Assembly (NCBI RefSeq): GCF_964194025.1
Contig: NC_134482.1
Span: forward strand, 15,562,001 to 15,626,000
Source of the DNA: Convolutriloba macropyga
Lineage: Eukaryota
DNA: 64,000 nucleotides
Direction: 5' to 3'
Shown: piece by piece, positions 39,700-52,400 of the stretch
Position numbering within the stretch: the stretch's first letter is position 1
Layout: every line of letters starts with the position of its first letter
Position numbers and translations under genes: made by a program
The notes under the pieces: model-generated
Told to the model about the DNA's origin: nothing
Database searches by the model: none
The model's input: the letters and a program-made list of their open reading frames with translations, nothing else

Positions 39700-40638
39700 T
39701 GTTGGCGCCACTTCAAATCAGCAACAAAAGCCATCAGACAGCAAGAAATAGCCTTGCAAAATGACGAGACTTAGAATTTGTCAAAACTCAAAATGGTCAA
39801 AACTGAAATGTTTTACAAGTTGGGACCGAAATTTGGTATACCACTCGAATTTTGGAATGGAAAACCTGAGCAACCCGACATTATAGCACAAAGTTAAGAT
39901 AACTTCTAAGCTACTCATGGACCCAACGAAGGTTATTGCATCAGACCCACAAGTGTTGCTATTAGCACTTTTATGGTGCAAAATAGGGATTTTCCGATAT
40001 TTTGTCATTTATCGTTAAATTTCCTAAGTTTATTTCATTTTATGATACTTTAGGTGTTCAAATTTCATTTTATGATACTCTAGGTGTTCATTAAAGGCCA
40101 AATAACGTACATTTGAGGCATTTAGAGCCACGTAATAAATCCGTGCTTATATCAATAAAAGTAAATATTGCAGTAATTTGACATTTAATATGTAAACAAT
40201 GACCAATAACCCAAATGTGTGAATATTAAAACTATATTGTATTCAGAACCATTAGAAGCTTTTACCAAGAGCAGTTGGCTCTCAGATTAGACTAAAAATT
40301 GATTCTTTATCAACTTTGGTCTTTTTTTAAGTTTTCCTAGATTTTGAGATCTTGCGAGTTTTAAGTTAGTTGAGATTACCTGACGAGAAGTTAGCAACAA
40401 TAATAGCTACTGGTTGAAGCCTTACAAACTTCAGCACGAGATTGAACATAGATTCTCACTAGGGGTTTTCTTAACTTCAATCAACAAAATTAAAATTGTG
40501 GTCCCTTACGTCCGAGCGACTAATTATTTCGACGAGATTCTGAGTCAATCGAACCCAGTGAAGAACCAGTCCGGCGTAAAGCTCGAGAAGCAGGCTGTGA
40601 GATATCGGTTCCGCTGAGATTCTTGAGCAGCCGCAACA
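39700..40638 (+). repeat. 5' LTR type B (939 bp); copies at 49456-50394 and 59219-60157
   Basis: TGTTG...CAACA, followed by TT and the PBS; left flank CAGAC. Confidence 0.9.
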
Positions 40639-40640
40639 TT

Positions 40641-40656
40641 TGGTCCGCCGACCCGG
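40641..40656 (+). promoter_or_regulatory. Primer binding site (tRNA-Tyr-like)
   Basis: TGGTCCGCCGACCCGG 2 nt after the LTR; resembles the TGGTCCTTCGAGCCGG tRNA-Tyr PBS common in BEL/Pao elements. Confidence 0.7.
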
Positions 40657-40732
40657 ACAACAGCAACAGCAGTGACACGAACAGCAACGAATCTTCGATT
40701 CGACCTGGTGGACCAAAACACAACCAGCAACG

Positions 40733-43700
40733 ATGGCCAGCAAAAGTCCCAACAGACACTGGAAGACAGCTGATTGGAAGGCGAGTGGTCAACTCAAGAC
40801 GTTAGAAAAAGAGCAAGCTGACCTACTCAAGTCCTTCTCCAGACACCTCAACGAGCTAGAAGGCTACCTGACACAAAACAAAACAATGACGGTCGAAGGT
40901 GCTTATCGATGTTTCTTCGAGACGTACGACAACTTGGAAGACAACCGACTACAACAGAGGTTACTATTAAAACCAAATTATTTTGAAAACTTTGACAATG
41001 ACACCAAGCGTATGTTAGAAGAAAAGAGTAAAGTTTTACGATGGGTAGTTGACAAAGTACCAGATCTCCGAGACATTGAAGATTGTCGCGCAGTAGTCGT
41101 CGACTACCGGAAAGATACATTGCGAGTGTACAAATTATTGGAAGATTCTGTTCCAACGAATTGTTAAAACTCGAAAAGAAATTGAAAGCAGAAAAGGCGA
41201 CTCCGAAAAACAGATACTGTGTAATCAGGCAGAACGGTTATTAGAAAAGCTTGATTAAATTTTCGCAGAATCTCTTCAAATAATGAAGACAGAAGCTCGT
41301 CCCCAAGGGTTTGCAAATTTCAGTTATGCTAGAAGTTACTATCGAGACCTGATCAAGCAGTACAGGCTCAGCAAGGATTGTGGAAATCAAATATCATTAG
41401 TGGTATCCACATCGGCTGCTGACAAAGACCCAAATGAAACTGTAATTCATACAGGAAACGTAGCACAAGAAAACGGTGAGGAGAACGTCGAGGTCTCTTC
41501 CGGGCATTCTGCTACACAAGGAAGCAGAAAACAGCTAAGTATCTCTAACTCGCGATCATCGAGAAGGCGACAGATCGAAGAAATGGAGCTCGAAAACCTA
41601 AGAGCTAAGAAAGAAACAGAGCAACGACTGCGAGAGCGGCAGTTGGAGTTGGAGCAGGAGCGTGAGGAAATAGAATTTCGTCGCCAGCAAGAAGAGTTAC
41701 GTTTACAACAGCAACCAGGACAAGAGTTACCTCTAAAGATGCAATAAAAAGAAGACGAACTGCGTCTTCGACAGCATGAGCGAGCCCTTGAAAACGAAAG
41801 AAAGAAAGCAGAGGAAGACGAAGAACAAAGACGTCTGAAACTTGAGCTGACCAAAGGAAGCTCAAGAGCATCTGGGTCAGTGGCAGATGAGATAGAAATT
41901 GTTAGATCAAACAGAAATCATGAAAGAACAGCCGGGTGGGCAGAATCAGTGGCTCAACAGTCTGTCTCTAGACGGCCACTATCTCCAAATGTTGTTATCG
42001 ACCCTCCAACGAATGCCACACAGGACAGTTGACAAACGTTTCAGCACCTACCCGAAAATTACCCCGCTGTTCCAACCGGGTGAAGGACTTTTCTCAACGC
42101 AACTGACTGAACCGAGCATTCTCAAGAAACCAGAAATCCGTAAACCAATTAGAGTAACGGACCCACCAGCATCGCCGTTGACAAGGACGACGTTTCAGCA
42201 GCAAGGAACGTCAGCAGTTCAAGACAGAAACAGGAGTCAGAGTCCCATTAACAACTCTAGAAACAGGTCTACCGAGAGCAGAAACAGAAGCGCAATGAAT
42301 CAAACCACTCCCCAAGTCATTTACCAAACAGTACCAAGCAATGGTGCCAGTGGCTTGCAAAAATTAAAACTGACTGAGTTTTCAGGAGACCCCATGGAAT
42401 GGCCAGAATGGTTAGGTCTTTTTGATGTTGTTCATCAAAAGCCAATCAGCGATACGGAAAAGATGCAATACCTGAAGACCCGTCTCACGGGTCAAGCGAA
42501 AGCAGCAATATCGGGAATGGGAGTCAGCTCACAATCATACTATCATGCTTGGGATGTACTCTGTGAGAAGTATGGCAGATCAGATGTCATAGTCAATGCT
42601 CAATTCAAGAAAATACATATTCATCCTCCAATTCGGCACGACGATTCCACGAGCATCGTCAAGTTTGCAAATGTGTTTACAAATGTGGTGAACACCTTGA
42701 CTCAACTTGGATACACATCAGACCTAGAAGCCGAAGCAGGGCTAAGTTCAACAACGAGAAAACTTTCTCCGCAACTGAGAGAACAGTGGTTGCAGTATAT
42801 GCAAGATCGTCGACTACTGAGAGGCAACCTGATTAATTTCAAAGAGTGGCTTGCCTCCAAAGCTGTAAGTCATGAGAACTTGTTAGCACAGACAAACTCG
42901 TTGTTTGAGAGAAACAAATTTCAAAGCCGTGATCAACCGAAGACGAGTACCTTTGCTTCAAACGCTGAAGAGTCAAGCAAACCCAAGAATTTTGAATGTG
43001 CCTTCAAAGACGAACAACACCCCGTTTGGACTTGTGAAAAGTTCAAATAGATGAAAATAAATGAACGACGAGAGCAAGTCCAGAAGTTCCGACTGTGTTT
43101 GAATTGTTTGAGACCAGGTCACATGTCGAAGGACTGCAAAAGCAGGACATGCAGTGTACCCAGCTGATGGCGACACAACAGGTTTTTGCACAGCAACCTA
43201 CCGAAGAAGGAAACTACAAAGAATGTCTCAGATGCTTCAACGGCACTAGCAACTAACATCACCCAAGGAGGACTCCCAGTGGTGCGAATCAAGCTGACAA
43301 ACAGAGATTTAAGCCTAAATGTACTAGCAATGTGTGATTCGGGATCCGCAATCTCATTTGTGGACAAATCAGTGGTGCCAAAACTCCAACTCCAAGGCCG
43401 AAAAGCATCTCTATCAGTAGCAGGGATCCATGGATCACAGGATGTAAAGACTGAAATAGTGCCGATAGCTGTGTCAGCCCATGAGAAGTCTCGACCATTG
43501 ACAACAGTGCAGTTCTATGTGCACGAGAAACTGAAGTTGGGTGACCAGATTGTGGAGCTGCAAGAATTGAAAGACCGTTACCCACATCTGAGGAACTCGC
43601 CAAATCAGAACTACAATCTAAACGAGGTTCAAGTGATTCTTGGACAAGATTGTTACGACATTCATCACCCTTTTGAGTTCGAGAAGTCAGAAGACAAAAC

Positions 43701-46700
43701 TGCACCATGGGCAGTGAAATCAAAGATTGGTTGGGCCTTAAGTGGACCCCTACCAGCGAAGCAAGCAGCAACTCTGGCAACCACAGCAACATCAATTGCA
43801 GATGACAAATTGGCAAACCAGTTGAGTAAGTGGTGGGATATCGAGTCCTACGCCTCAAAGTGCGATGTCACAGGTCATTCAAAAGACGAACAACGAGAAA
43901 TCAAGACGTTGGAACAAACGACCCGATTCAACGGTGAAAGATACGAAGTTGGACTTCTGTGGCGAGAGGAAGAAGTGGAGTTGCCGAACAACTTCTACTC
44001 TGCAATGGTGCAGCTCAAGTCCCTAGAACGACGCCTACAGAAAGATGAGACGCTACGAAAGCGCTATCAGGAAACCATTGACATGGATGTCAACGCTGGA
44101 TACGTTCGGAAAGTTGATCAAACAGAACTCAATGAAACCCGAAACAGGCTACAATTGTATTTGCCACATCATCCCGTCATAAACCCGCACAAACCCGAAA
44201 AAGTCAGAAGAGTGTGCAACGCAGCAGCAAAGTACCAAGGTGTAGCTCTGAACGACAAACTTCTATCTGGACCAGATCTGCTACAGAGTCTGATCGGAAT
44301 CATTTTTCGCTTCCGAGAACACCAAATAGCTTTATCAGCCGACATAGAAGCAATGTTTCTTCAAGTTGCTGTCCAAAACGATGACAGCCGATGTTTACGA
44401 TTTCTCTGGAGAGAAGATCCAGAGCGGAAAATAGAAGTCTATGAGTATACACGCCACGTTTTTGGGGCGAAAAGCTCGCCGACTTGTGCAAATTACGCTT
44501 TGCATCAAATGGCGAAAGATAATGCAGTCAACGACGAAAGTCTCGTCAGAACGGTTCAGCGAAACTTCTACATGGACAACTTCCTAAAGTCAGTAGGAAC
44601 CCCTCAAGAAGCAATCGAAATCTACCGGAAAGTCAGAGACATCCTCATCAAAGGTGGATTCAATTTGACGAAATGGATAACAAGTGACGATGAAGTCAAG
44701 TCACAAATCCCAGAGGCAGACAGATCAATGATAGTTGTGAAGACTTTCGAAGCAGAGCCACAATCATCTTCAATTCTAGGACTCAACTGGAATGTGGACA
44801 CAGACAGTCTCATTGTCTGTCGTGGAACTGAGCAAGAAGTTCCGGTAAAAATAACTCAGAGAATTGTCCTATCGTTTGTCTCAGCAGTGTTCGACCCACT
44901 TGGAATATGTTCACCCTTCACCATACGAATGCGATTTCTACTCAAAAGCATTTTGGCAGCAATGGGACAAGCATGGGACAAAGAGTCGTCAGCAGAACGC
45001 TCAAAACTGTTTAGTGATTGGTGCTCTGAGTTGAGAGAAATAAGAACGATGTCAATAAACGGACTTTATTTTGAAAACGGATGCACAAACCTGAGACTTT
45101 ACCGATGCATCAGAGGAAGCAATGTGCATTGTGGCGATGCAGCAGAGGAAGCAATGTTCATCTGCAAGATGAAGCAACGCTAAAACTGACATATGTAATA
45201 GGGAAATGTCGTGTGGCACCCGTCAGACCCATGACGATACCGAAGTTAGAACTCCAAGCCGCAGTTTACGGAGTTCGTCTCAGAAAGCAGATTCTAAACG
45301 GGCATGATGTCAGAATGACAAAATCTATCATTGGACCGACTCATCAACAGTGCTACAGTGGCTACAAGCAGCGCACAAGAAACAACAAGTGTTCGTTGCG
45401 AACAGAGCAGCGGAAATACTGGAAAACTCATCGATGGATAAATGGAGACACAAGGCCTCAAGGAGTTCGTATGGCTAAACGGGCCGGCATGGCTCCATGC
45501 AGATGAAGAAAAGTGGCCAAAGCCATGGTGTCAAGTGAACGAAGTTGTAGCTGAGCAAGCTACCAGTACTGTAGCCACAGAAAATAAACTAGACCAACTA
45601 TTTGACTGGAGACGATACAGTACCTTCAATCGAATTAGAAACTTCATTGACTACTGCATGAGGTTCAAGACGAAGCAGAGGGGTACCCTCAAAGCAGAAG
45701 AGATCAATCAAGCAGAACAAATATTGTTTCGATTTATTCAAACCGAAAGCTTCCCGAATGTTTCAAAGTCGATAGAAAACAGCAAAGAAATCTCCAAAAC
45801 ATTAAACATTGTCAAATTGTCACCCTTCATAGAGGAAGATGGAACAATCAGGGTGAAAGGCCGACTAAAGCATTCAAACCTCGCTTAAAATGCCAAACAC
45901 CCAATATTGTTAACAGCAAAGCATTCAGTAGTACAACTTCTGTTGGAGAGAGCACATCAATACAACCTACATGAGGGCACAGAATATGTGAGAAACATGC
46001 TCCAACAAGAGTACTGGATCATTGGAATAAGAATGCTTTAAGGAATTTTAAGTCGAGTTGTATCAAATGCAGACACAGAAATGCCAACCCAATTCACCCA
46101 CCGATGGCAGATCTACCCAGAGAAGGGCTTGATGAACATGTGTTCCCATTCACCCATACCGGAGTCGACTACTTCGGACCCTTTGAAGTGAAGTTCCTAC
46201 GACGTACTTTGAAGAGAAGGTGCTGTCTCTTCACTTGCCTGACAACCAGAGCAGTACACATCGAAGTCACACAGTCATTGGACATCGAGTCATGTCTAGC
46301 TGCAGTGACAAGATTCATTGCAAGACGTGGCTACCCGAACACCATCATCAGTGACAACGGAACGAACTTCGTTGGAGCAGCCAATGAGCTGAAAGCATTC
46401 ATGAACGAGTGGGACAAAGATAAAATTGAGGGTGATTTAGCACAGAAAAAGATTTTTTGGAAATTCAATCCTCCCGGAGCTCCGTTACTTTGGTGGAATC
46501 TGGGAAAGACTGGTTCAAAGTTGCAAGAAAGTCATGATTGCAATCTTGGACAGCCGAAGCCTCACCGATGAGGTATTCAGTACAACGACGTGTCTTGTGG
46601 AGCAACTCTCATCGCAAGACCCCTGACAGCAGTAAGTGACGACCCAGAGGATCTGACAGCACTGACACCCAATCATTTCTTGCTAGCACGAGAAAATGCA

Positions 46701-47149
46701 AGTGCACCATTTATGCCATCCAGCAAGCGCTACCAGGATCTGCGAAAACCCTTCAAAAAGCGGCTCAAGCATATGCCGACATGATCTGGAAAAGATAGTG
46801 AATTTGTGACGACATGATCTAGACACGTGAAAATCTTCCACAATGGAACCAGAGATCGAAGTTGTCAAAAGAACATGTGCGAAACCTGAAAGAAGGTGAG
46901 TTAGTGTGGCTAGTAGATAACTCTGTGAAACGCTGTGAATACAAATTGGGACGAATCATTGAGATCTTCACTGGCAACGACGGAGTCGTGTGATCAGCGA
47001 GTGTCAAAACGGCACATGGAGTGCTAAACCGGCCAGTCGTGAAGTTAGCGCCAGTATCCTACGATGGTGTTTCCGAGATCGAAAACAGGGCCGGCGATGT
47101 TGGCGCCACTTCAAATCAGCTACAAAAGCCATCAGATAGCAAGAAATAA
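40733..47149 (+). pseudogene. BEL/Pao gag-pol pseudogene, copy 1
   Basis: Gag LKLTEFSGDPMEW..EKMQYLK (DUF1759-like), CLNCLRPGHMSKDC knuckle, protease CDSGS, RT YLPHHPV/LLSGPDL/ADIEAMF/FGAKSSP/YMDN, RH TIPKLELQAA, IN GVDYFGP/SDNGTNFVG. Stops at 41745, 43048, 45886 plus frameshifts. Confidence 0.95.
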
Positions 47150-49455
47150 CGTTTGAAACTGAAAAAAACTTAGAATTTGTCAAAACTCAAAAATTGTCAA
47201 AACTGAAAATTTACAAGTTGGGACCGAAAATCTGTACACCCCCCCCCCGATTTTTGAAAGGCAAAACACGAGCTACCCGAGGTTATGGCACACGGTTAGA
47301 GTTACCTCTGAGCTACTGAAGGACCCAACGAAATTTAGTGCATCATACCCATTGGTGTGGCTATTAACACTTATATGGTGCAAAAAGTGCTTTTTTCGAT
47401 ATTTTGTCATTTATTGTTAACTTCTTAAATTGTTAATTCTATGATCCCTTAGGTGTTTATTAAAGGTCATGTCTCATACATTTGAGGCATTTAGTGCTAC
47501 GTAATAACCATCCGTGCTTATGTCAACAAAAGTAAATATTGTAGTAATTCGACATTTACTATGTAAACAATGACCTAAATCATTTTCTTGATTAACCAAT
47601 CAGAAACAACTAGCGATGATGTTATAAATGATAAATATTTGAGCCGCAACACATTGTTTCAATTGAATAGATTTTAAGTTCTTTCACGCATTGAATTACG
47701 CATTGTGGTGAATACGGCAAAAGTCAAAAGAGCAAAATCGAAAGATCAAAAGAAACAGGATAAGCATGTAAAGCCCGATCATTAAGTCGTAGTCCATTAG
47801 GTTGCCAAAGTTCATTAAAGTGATTGCTGATTGGCATTAGTTTTCTGCTTAATAGCGTTGTGTTTGGAAGCTGAAACAAGTGTTCTTTTGGAATCTAACC
47901 GAATATGCAGAATTTGCACACCAAATGGAAAAAAAATTGACACTTAGAAAAATCCTGTCAAGTTTTCTTATTTTTTTCTGTTTCAATCCCAATATGGGTC
48001 AGCGGCTGCTATTTTCCGGCAATTTGCTGGCTATGTTTTTGTTGGCTTTTCCCAACTGTTTAACAAACTGAAAATTAGGAAAATATGAAACTTCTTGGAA
48101 CACATGCCCTAAAACGCCTGAAAAACACATTTAGAGATCAAATTGACTCAAAAGTTGCAGAATTGGGATATTGGATTTTTGAAATACTAAAAACGGAAAA
48201 TAATTTTAAAAATTATCGTAGAAAACAGTTTATTTTCTCGTTTCATCTTCAAATAATCTATTTCCAAAATTTTAAAGTGAGTTTCAAAATTAAGTCAAGC
48301 AGGTGGTTTTCATTCAAGAATTAGCAACTGCAGTCGACCGAACTAGTACGGAGTTATCAATATTTTTTAGAATTAAGATAAATGAGGGTTAAATTTTTAA
48401 TGAAGTATATAGAACCATTAGAAACTGTTATACAGAGCAGTTGGCTCTCAGATTGGCTAAAACTTGATTCTTTAACAACTTTAGTCTTTTTTGCTAAGTT
48501 TTGCTAGATCTTAAGATCTTGCGAATTTTAAGTTAATTGAGCTTACATAACGAGAATTTAGCAACAATACTGGCTACAGGCTGAGGCCTTACAAAGTTCA
48601 GCACGAGATTGGACATAGATTATCACTAAGGATTTTCTTAACTTCAATCAACAAAATTAAAGTTAGTCCTTTAATACGTCCGAGCGACTAATTATTTCTG
48701 CGAGATCGTTAGTGCGTAATTCAAACGTAAACATTTGAAATAAAAATGGGATCTTTTTTGTTTCGAAAAATTTATGCTCACTAGGCTGGGGGGGAACAGA
48801 ATAGATCCAAAAATTGTTATCTTTAAAACTCAATATTTCGTCGAGAAGCGACTTGAGAAAATCTTTTCATCGATCGGTTCAGTTTTTTTAGGTCTTTTCA
48901 TTGGTACCGAGTGAAAATCTCTCTGAAAAAGAATATCCGTCCACTTAGTTTGTCACAAAATAGAGGGCTCATATAATGTTTTTAACCCGCATTACTTTGG
49001 GGTTTGTATCAACTAATTATCTTAGGAAATTTGCAGAGGGCTGCTATGCGAAGCGAATGTTAAGCGAAGAATCAAAGACTGTCATTAACAACCAATAACT
49101 CAAATAGACACTCGCGACCCCAGATGTCGATGATTTATAATAAAATCTTCATGAGGCAACGTTGTTGATTAACCAAATCAAATACAGATCCCATTTTTGT
49201 TTGAGTGTGAATTACAAAGAAAAGTATGCAGTTGAGGGTTATGCAGAATGGTTGTACTTAAAATTAATGACTGCAGCATCTGTATTTTGTTAAATTTTTC
49301 TAATAGTCGACAATATTAGTTGAAGGTTGCCAAATAGAAAATAAAAGTTTTGCATTTGTCCATTCGTTTTTTTAGTAATTCAATCAGAAATCATTAACGT
49401 AGGTTTTTTGGACGTACTCTAAATCTAATCAATCGCTAAGAAGGGCAATTCAGAC

Positions 49456-52400
49456 TGTTGGCGCTACTTCAAATCAGCAACAAAAGCCATCAGACAGCAA
49501 GAAATAGCCTTGCAAAGTGACGAGACTTAGAATTTGTCAAAACTCAAAATGGTCAAAACTGAAATGTTTTACAAGTTGGGACCGAAATTTGGTATACCAC
49601 TCGAATTTTGGAATGGAAAACCTGAGAAACCCGACATTGTAGCACAAAGTTAAGATAACTTCTAAGCTACTCATGGACCCAACGAAGGTTATTGCATCAG
49701 ACCCACAAGTGTTGCTATTAGCACTTTTATGGTGCAAAATAGGGATTTTCCGATATTTTGTCATTTATCGTTAAATTTCCTAAGTTTATTTCATTTTATG
49801 ATACTTTAGGTGTTCAAATTTCTTTTTATGATACTTTAGGTGTTCATTAAAGGCCAAATAACGTACATTTGAGGCATTTAGAGCCACGTAATTAATCCGT
49901 GCTTATATCAATAAAAGTAAAAATTGCAGTAATTTGACATTTAATATGTAAACAATGACCAATAACCCAAATGTGTGAATATTAAAACTATATTGTATTC
50001 AGAACCATTAGAAGCTTTTACCAAGAGCAGTTGGCTCTCAGATTAGACTAAAAATTGATTCTTTATCAACTTTGGTCTTTTTTTAAGTTTTCCTAGATTT
50101 TGAGATCTTGCGAGTTTTAAGTTAGTTGAGATTACCTGACGAGAAGTTAGCAACAATAATAGCTACTGGTTGAAGCCTTACAAACTTCAGCACGAGATTG
50201 AACATAGATTCTCACTAGGGGTTTTCTTAACTTCAATCAACAAAATTAAAATTGTGGTCCCTTACGTCCGAGCGACTAATTATTTCGACGAGATTCTGAG
50301 TCAATCGAACCCAGTGAAGAACCAGTCCGGCGTAAAGCTCGAGAACCAGGCTGTGAGATATCGGTTCCGCTGAGATTCTTGAGCAGCCGCAACATTTGGT
50401 CCGCCGACCCGGACAACAGCAACAGCAGTGACACGAACAGCAACGAATCTTCGATTCGACCTGGTGGACCAAAACACAACCAGCAACGATGGCCAGCAAA
50501 AGTCCCAACAGACACTGGAAGACAGCTGATTGGAAGGCGAGTGGTCAACTCAAGACGTTAGAAAAAGAGCAAGCTGACCTACTCAAGTCCTTCTCCAGAC
50601 ACCTCAACGAGCTAGAAGGCTACCTGACACAAAACAAAACAATGACGGTCGAAGGTGCTTATCGATGTTTCTTCGAGACGTACGACAACTTGGAAGACAA
50701 CCGACTACAACAGAGGTTACTATTAAAACCAAATTATTTTGAAAACTTTGACAATGACACCAAGCGTATGTTAGGAGAAAAGAGTAAAGTTTTACGATGG
50801 GTAGTTGACAAAGTACCAGATCTCCGAGACATTGAAGATTGTCGCGCAGTAGTCGTCGACTACCGGAAAGATACATTGCGAGTGTACAAATTATTGGAAG
50901 ATTCTGTTCCAACGAATTGTTAAAACTCGAAAAGAAATTGAAAGCAGAAAAGGCGACTCCGAAAAACAGATACTGTGTAATCAGGCAGAACGGTTATTAG
51001 AAAAGCTTGATTAAATTTTCGCAGAATCTCTTCAAATAATGAAGACAGAAGCTCGTCCCCAAGGGTTTGCAAATTTCAGTTATGCTAGAAGTTACTATCG
51101 AGACCTGATCAAGCATTACAGGCTCAGCAAGGATTGTGGAAATCAAATATCATTAGTGGTGTCCACATCGGCTGCTGACAAAGACCCAAATGAAACTGTA
51201 ATTCATACAGGAAACGTAGCACAAGAAAACGGTGAGGAGAACGTCGAGGTCTCTTCCGGGCATTCTGCTACACAAGGAAGCAGAAAACAGCTAAGTATCT
51301 CTAACTCGCGATCATCGAGAAGGCGACAGATCGAAGAAATGGAGCTCGAAAACCTAAGAGCTAAGAAAGAAACAGAGCAACGACTGCGAGAGCGGCAGTT
51401 GGAGTTGGAGCAGGAGCGTGAGGAAATAGAATTTCGTCGCCAGCAAGAAGAGTTACGTTTACAACAGCAACCAGGACAAGAGTTACCTCTAAAGATGCAA
51501 TAAAAAGAAGACGAACTGCGTCTTCGACAGCATGAGCGAGCCCTTGAAAACGAAAGAAAGAAAGCAGAGGAAGACGAAGAACAAAGACGTCTGAAACTTG
51601 AGCTGACCAAAGGAAGCTCAAGAGCATCTGGGTCAGTGGCAGATGAGATAGAAATTGTTAGATCAAACAGAAATCATGAAAGAACAGCCGGGTGGGCAGA
51701 ATCAGTGGCTCAACAGTCTGTCTCTAGACGGCCACTATCTCCAAATGTTGTTATCGACCCTCCAACGAATTCCACACAGGACAGTTGACAAACGTTTCAG
51801 CACCTACCCGAAAATTACCCCGCTGTTCCAACCGGGTGAAGGACTTTTCTCAACGCAACTGACTGAACCGAGCATTCTCAAGAAACCAGAAATCCGTAAA
51901 CCAATTAGAGTAACGGACCCACCAGCATCGCCGTTGACAAGGACGACGTTTCAGCAGCAAGGAACGTCAGCAGTTCAAGACAGAAACAGGAGTCAGAGTC
52001 CCATTAACAACTCTCGAAACAGGTCTACCGAGAGCAGAAACAGAAGCGCAATGAATCAAACCACTCCCCAAGTCATTTACCAAACAGTACCAAGCAATGG
52101 TGCCAGTGGCTTGCAAAAATTAAAACTGACTGAGTTTTCAGGAGACCCCATGGAATGGCCAGAATGGTTAGGTCTTTTTGATGTTGTTCATCAAAAGCCA
52201 ATCAGCGATACGGAAAAGATGCAATACCTGAAGACCCGTCTCACGGGTCAAGCGAAAGCAGCAATATCGGGAATGGGAGTCAGCTCACAATCATACTATC
52301 ATGCTTGGGATGTACTCTGTGAGAAGTATGGCAGATCAGATGTCATAGTCAATGCTCAATTCAAGAAAATACATATTCATCCTCCAATTCGGCACGACGA

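Larger units (their letters stand above)
39700..47651 (+). mobile_element. BEL/Pao LTR retrotransposon copy 1 (5' LTR-B 39700-40638; 3' LTR-A type 47098-47651), defective
   Basis: TGTTG...CAACA LTRs, PBS TGGTCCGCCGACCCGG at 40641, PPT-like GAAAACAGGGCCGGCGA before 47098, gag-PR-RT-RH-IN order. Confidence 0.95.

Noticed and set aside
37340-40638. One 3.3-kb giant LTR, or an element bounded by two identical long LTRs
   Set aside because: LTR-A has its own CAACA end and CATTG TSD, and the spacer continues a host repeat found at ~24025-24330.
40477-40752. Secreted Cys-rich peptide ORF on the minus strand (MGLLLAIVAGC..CCSCHCCCCC)
   Set aside because: It is the antisense reading of an (AGC/AAC)-rich leader overlapping the LTR and PBS; identity across copies simply reflects recent duplication.
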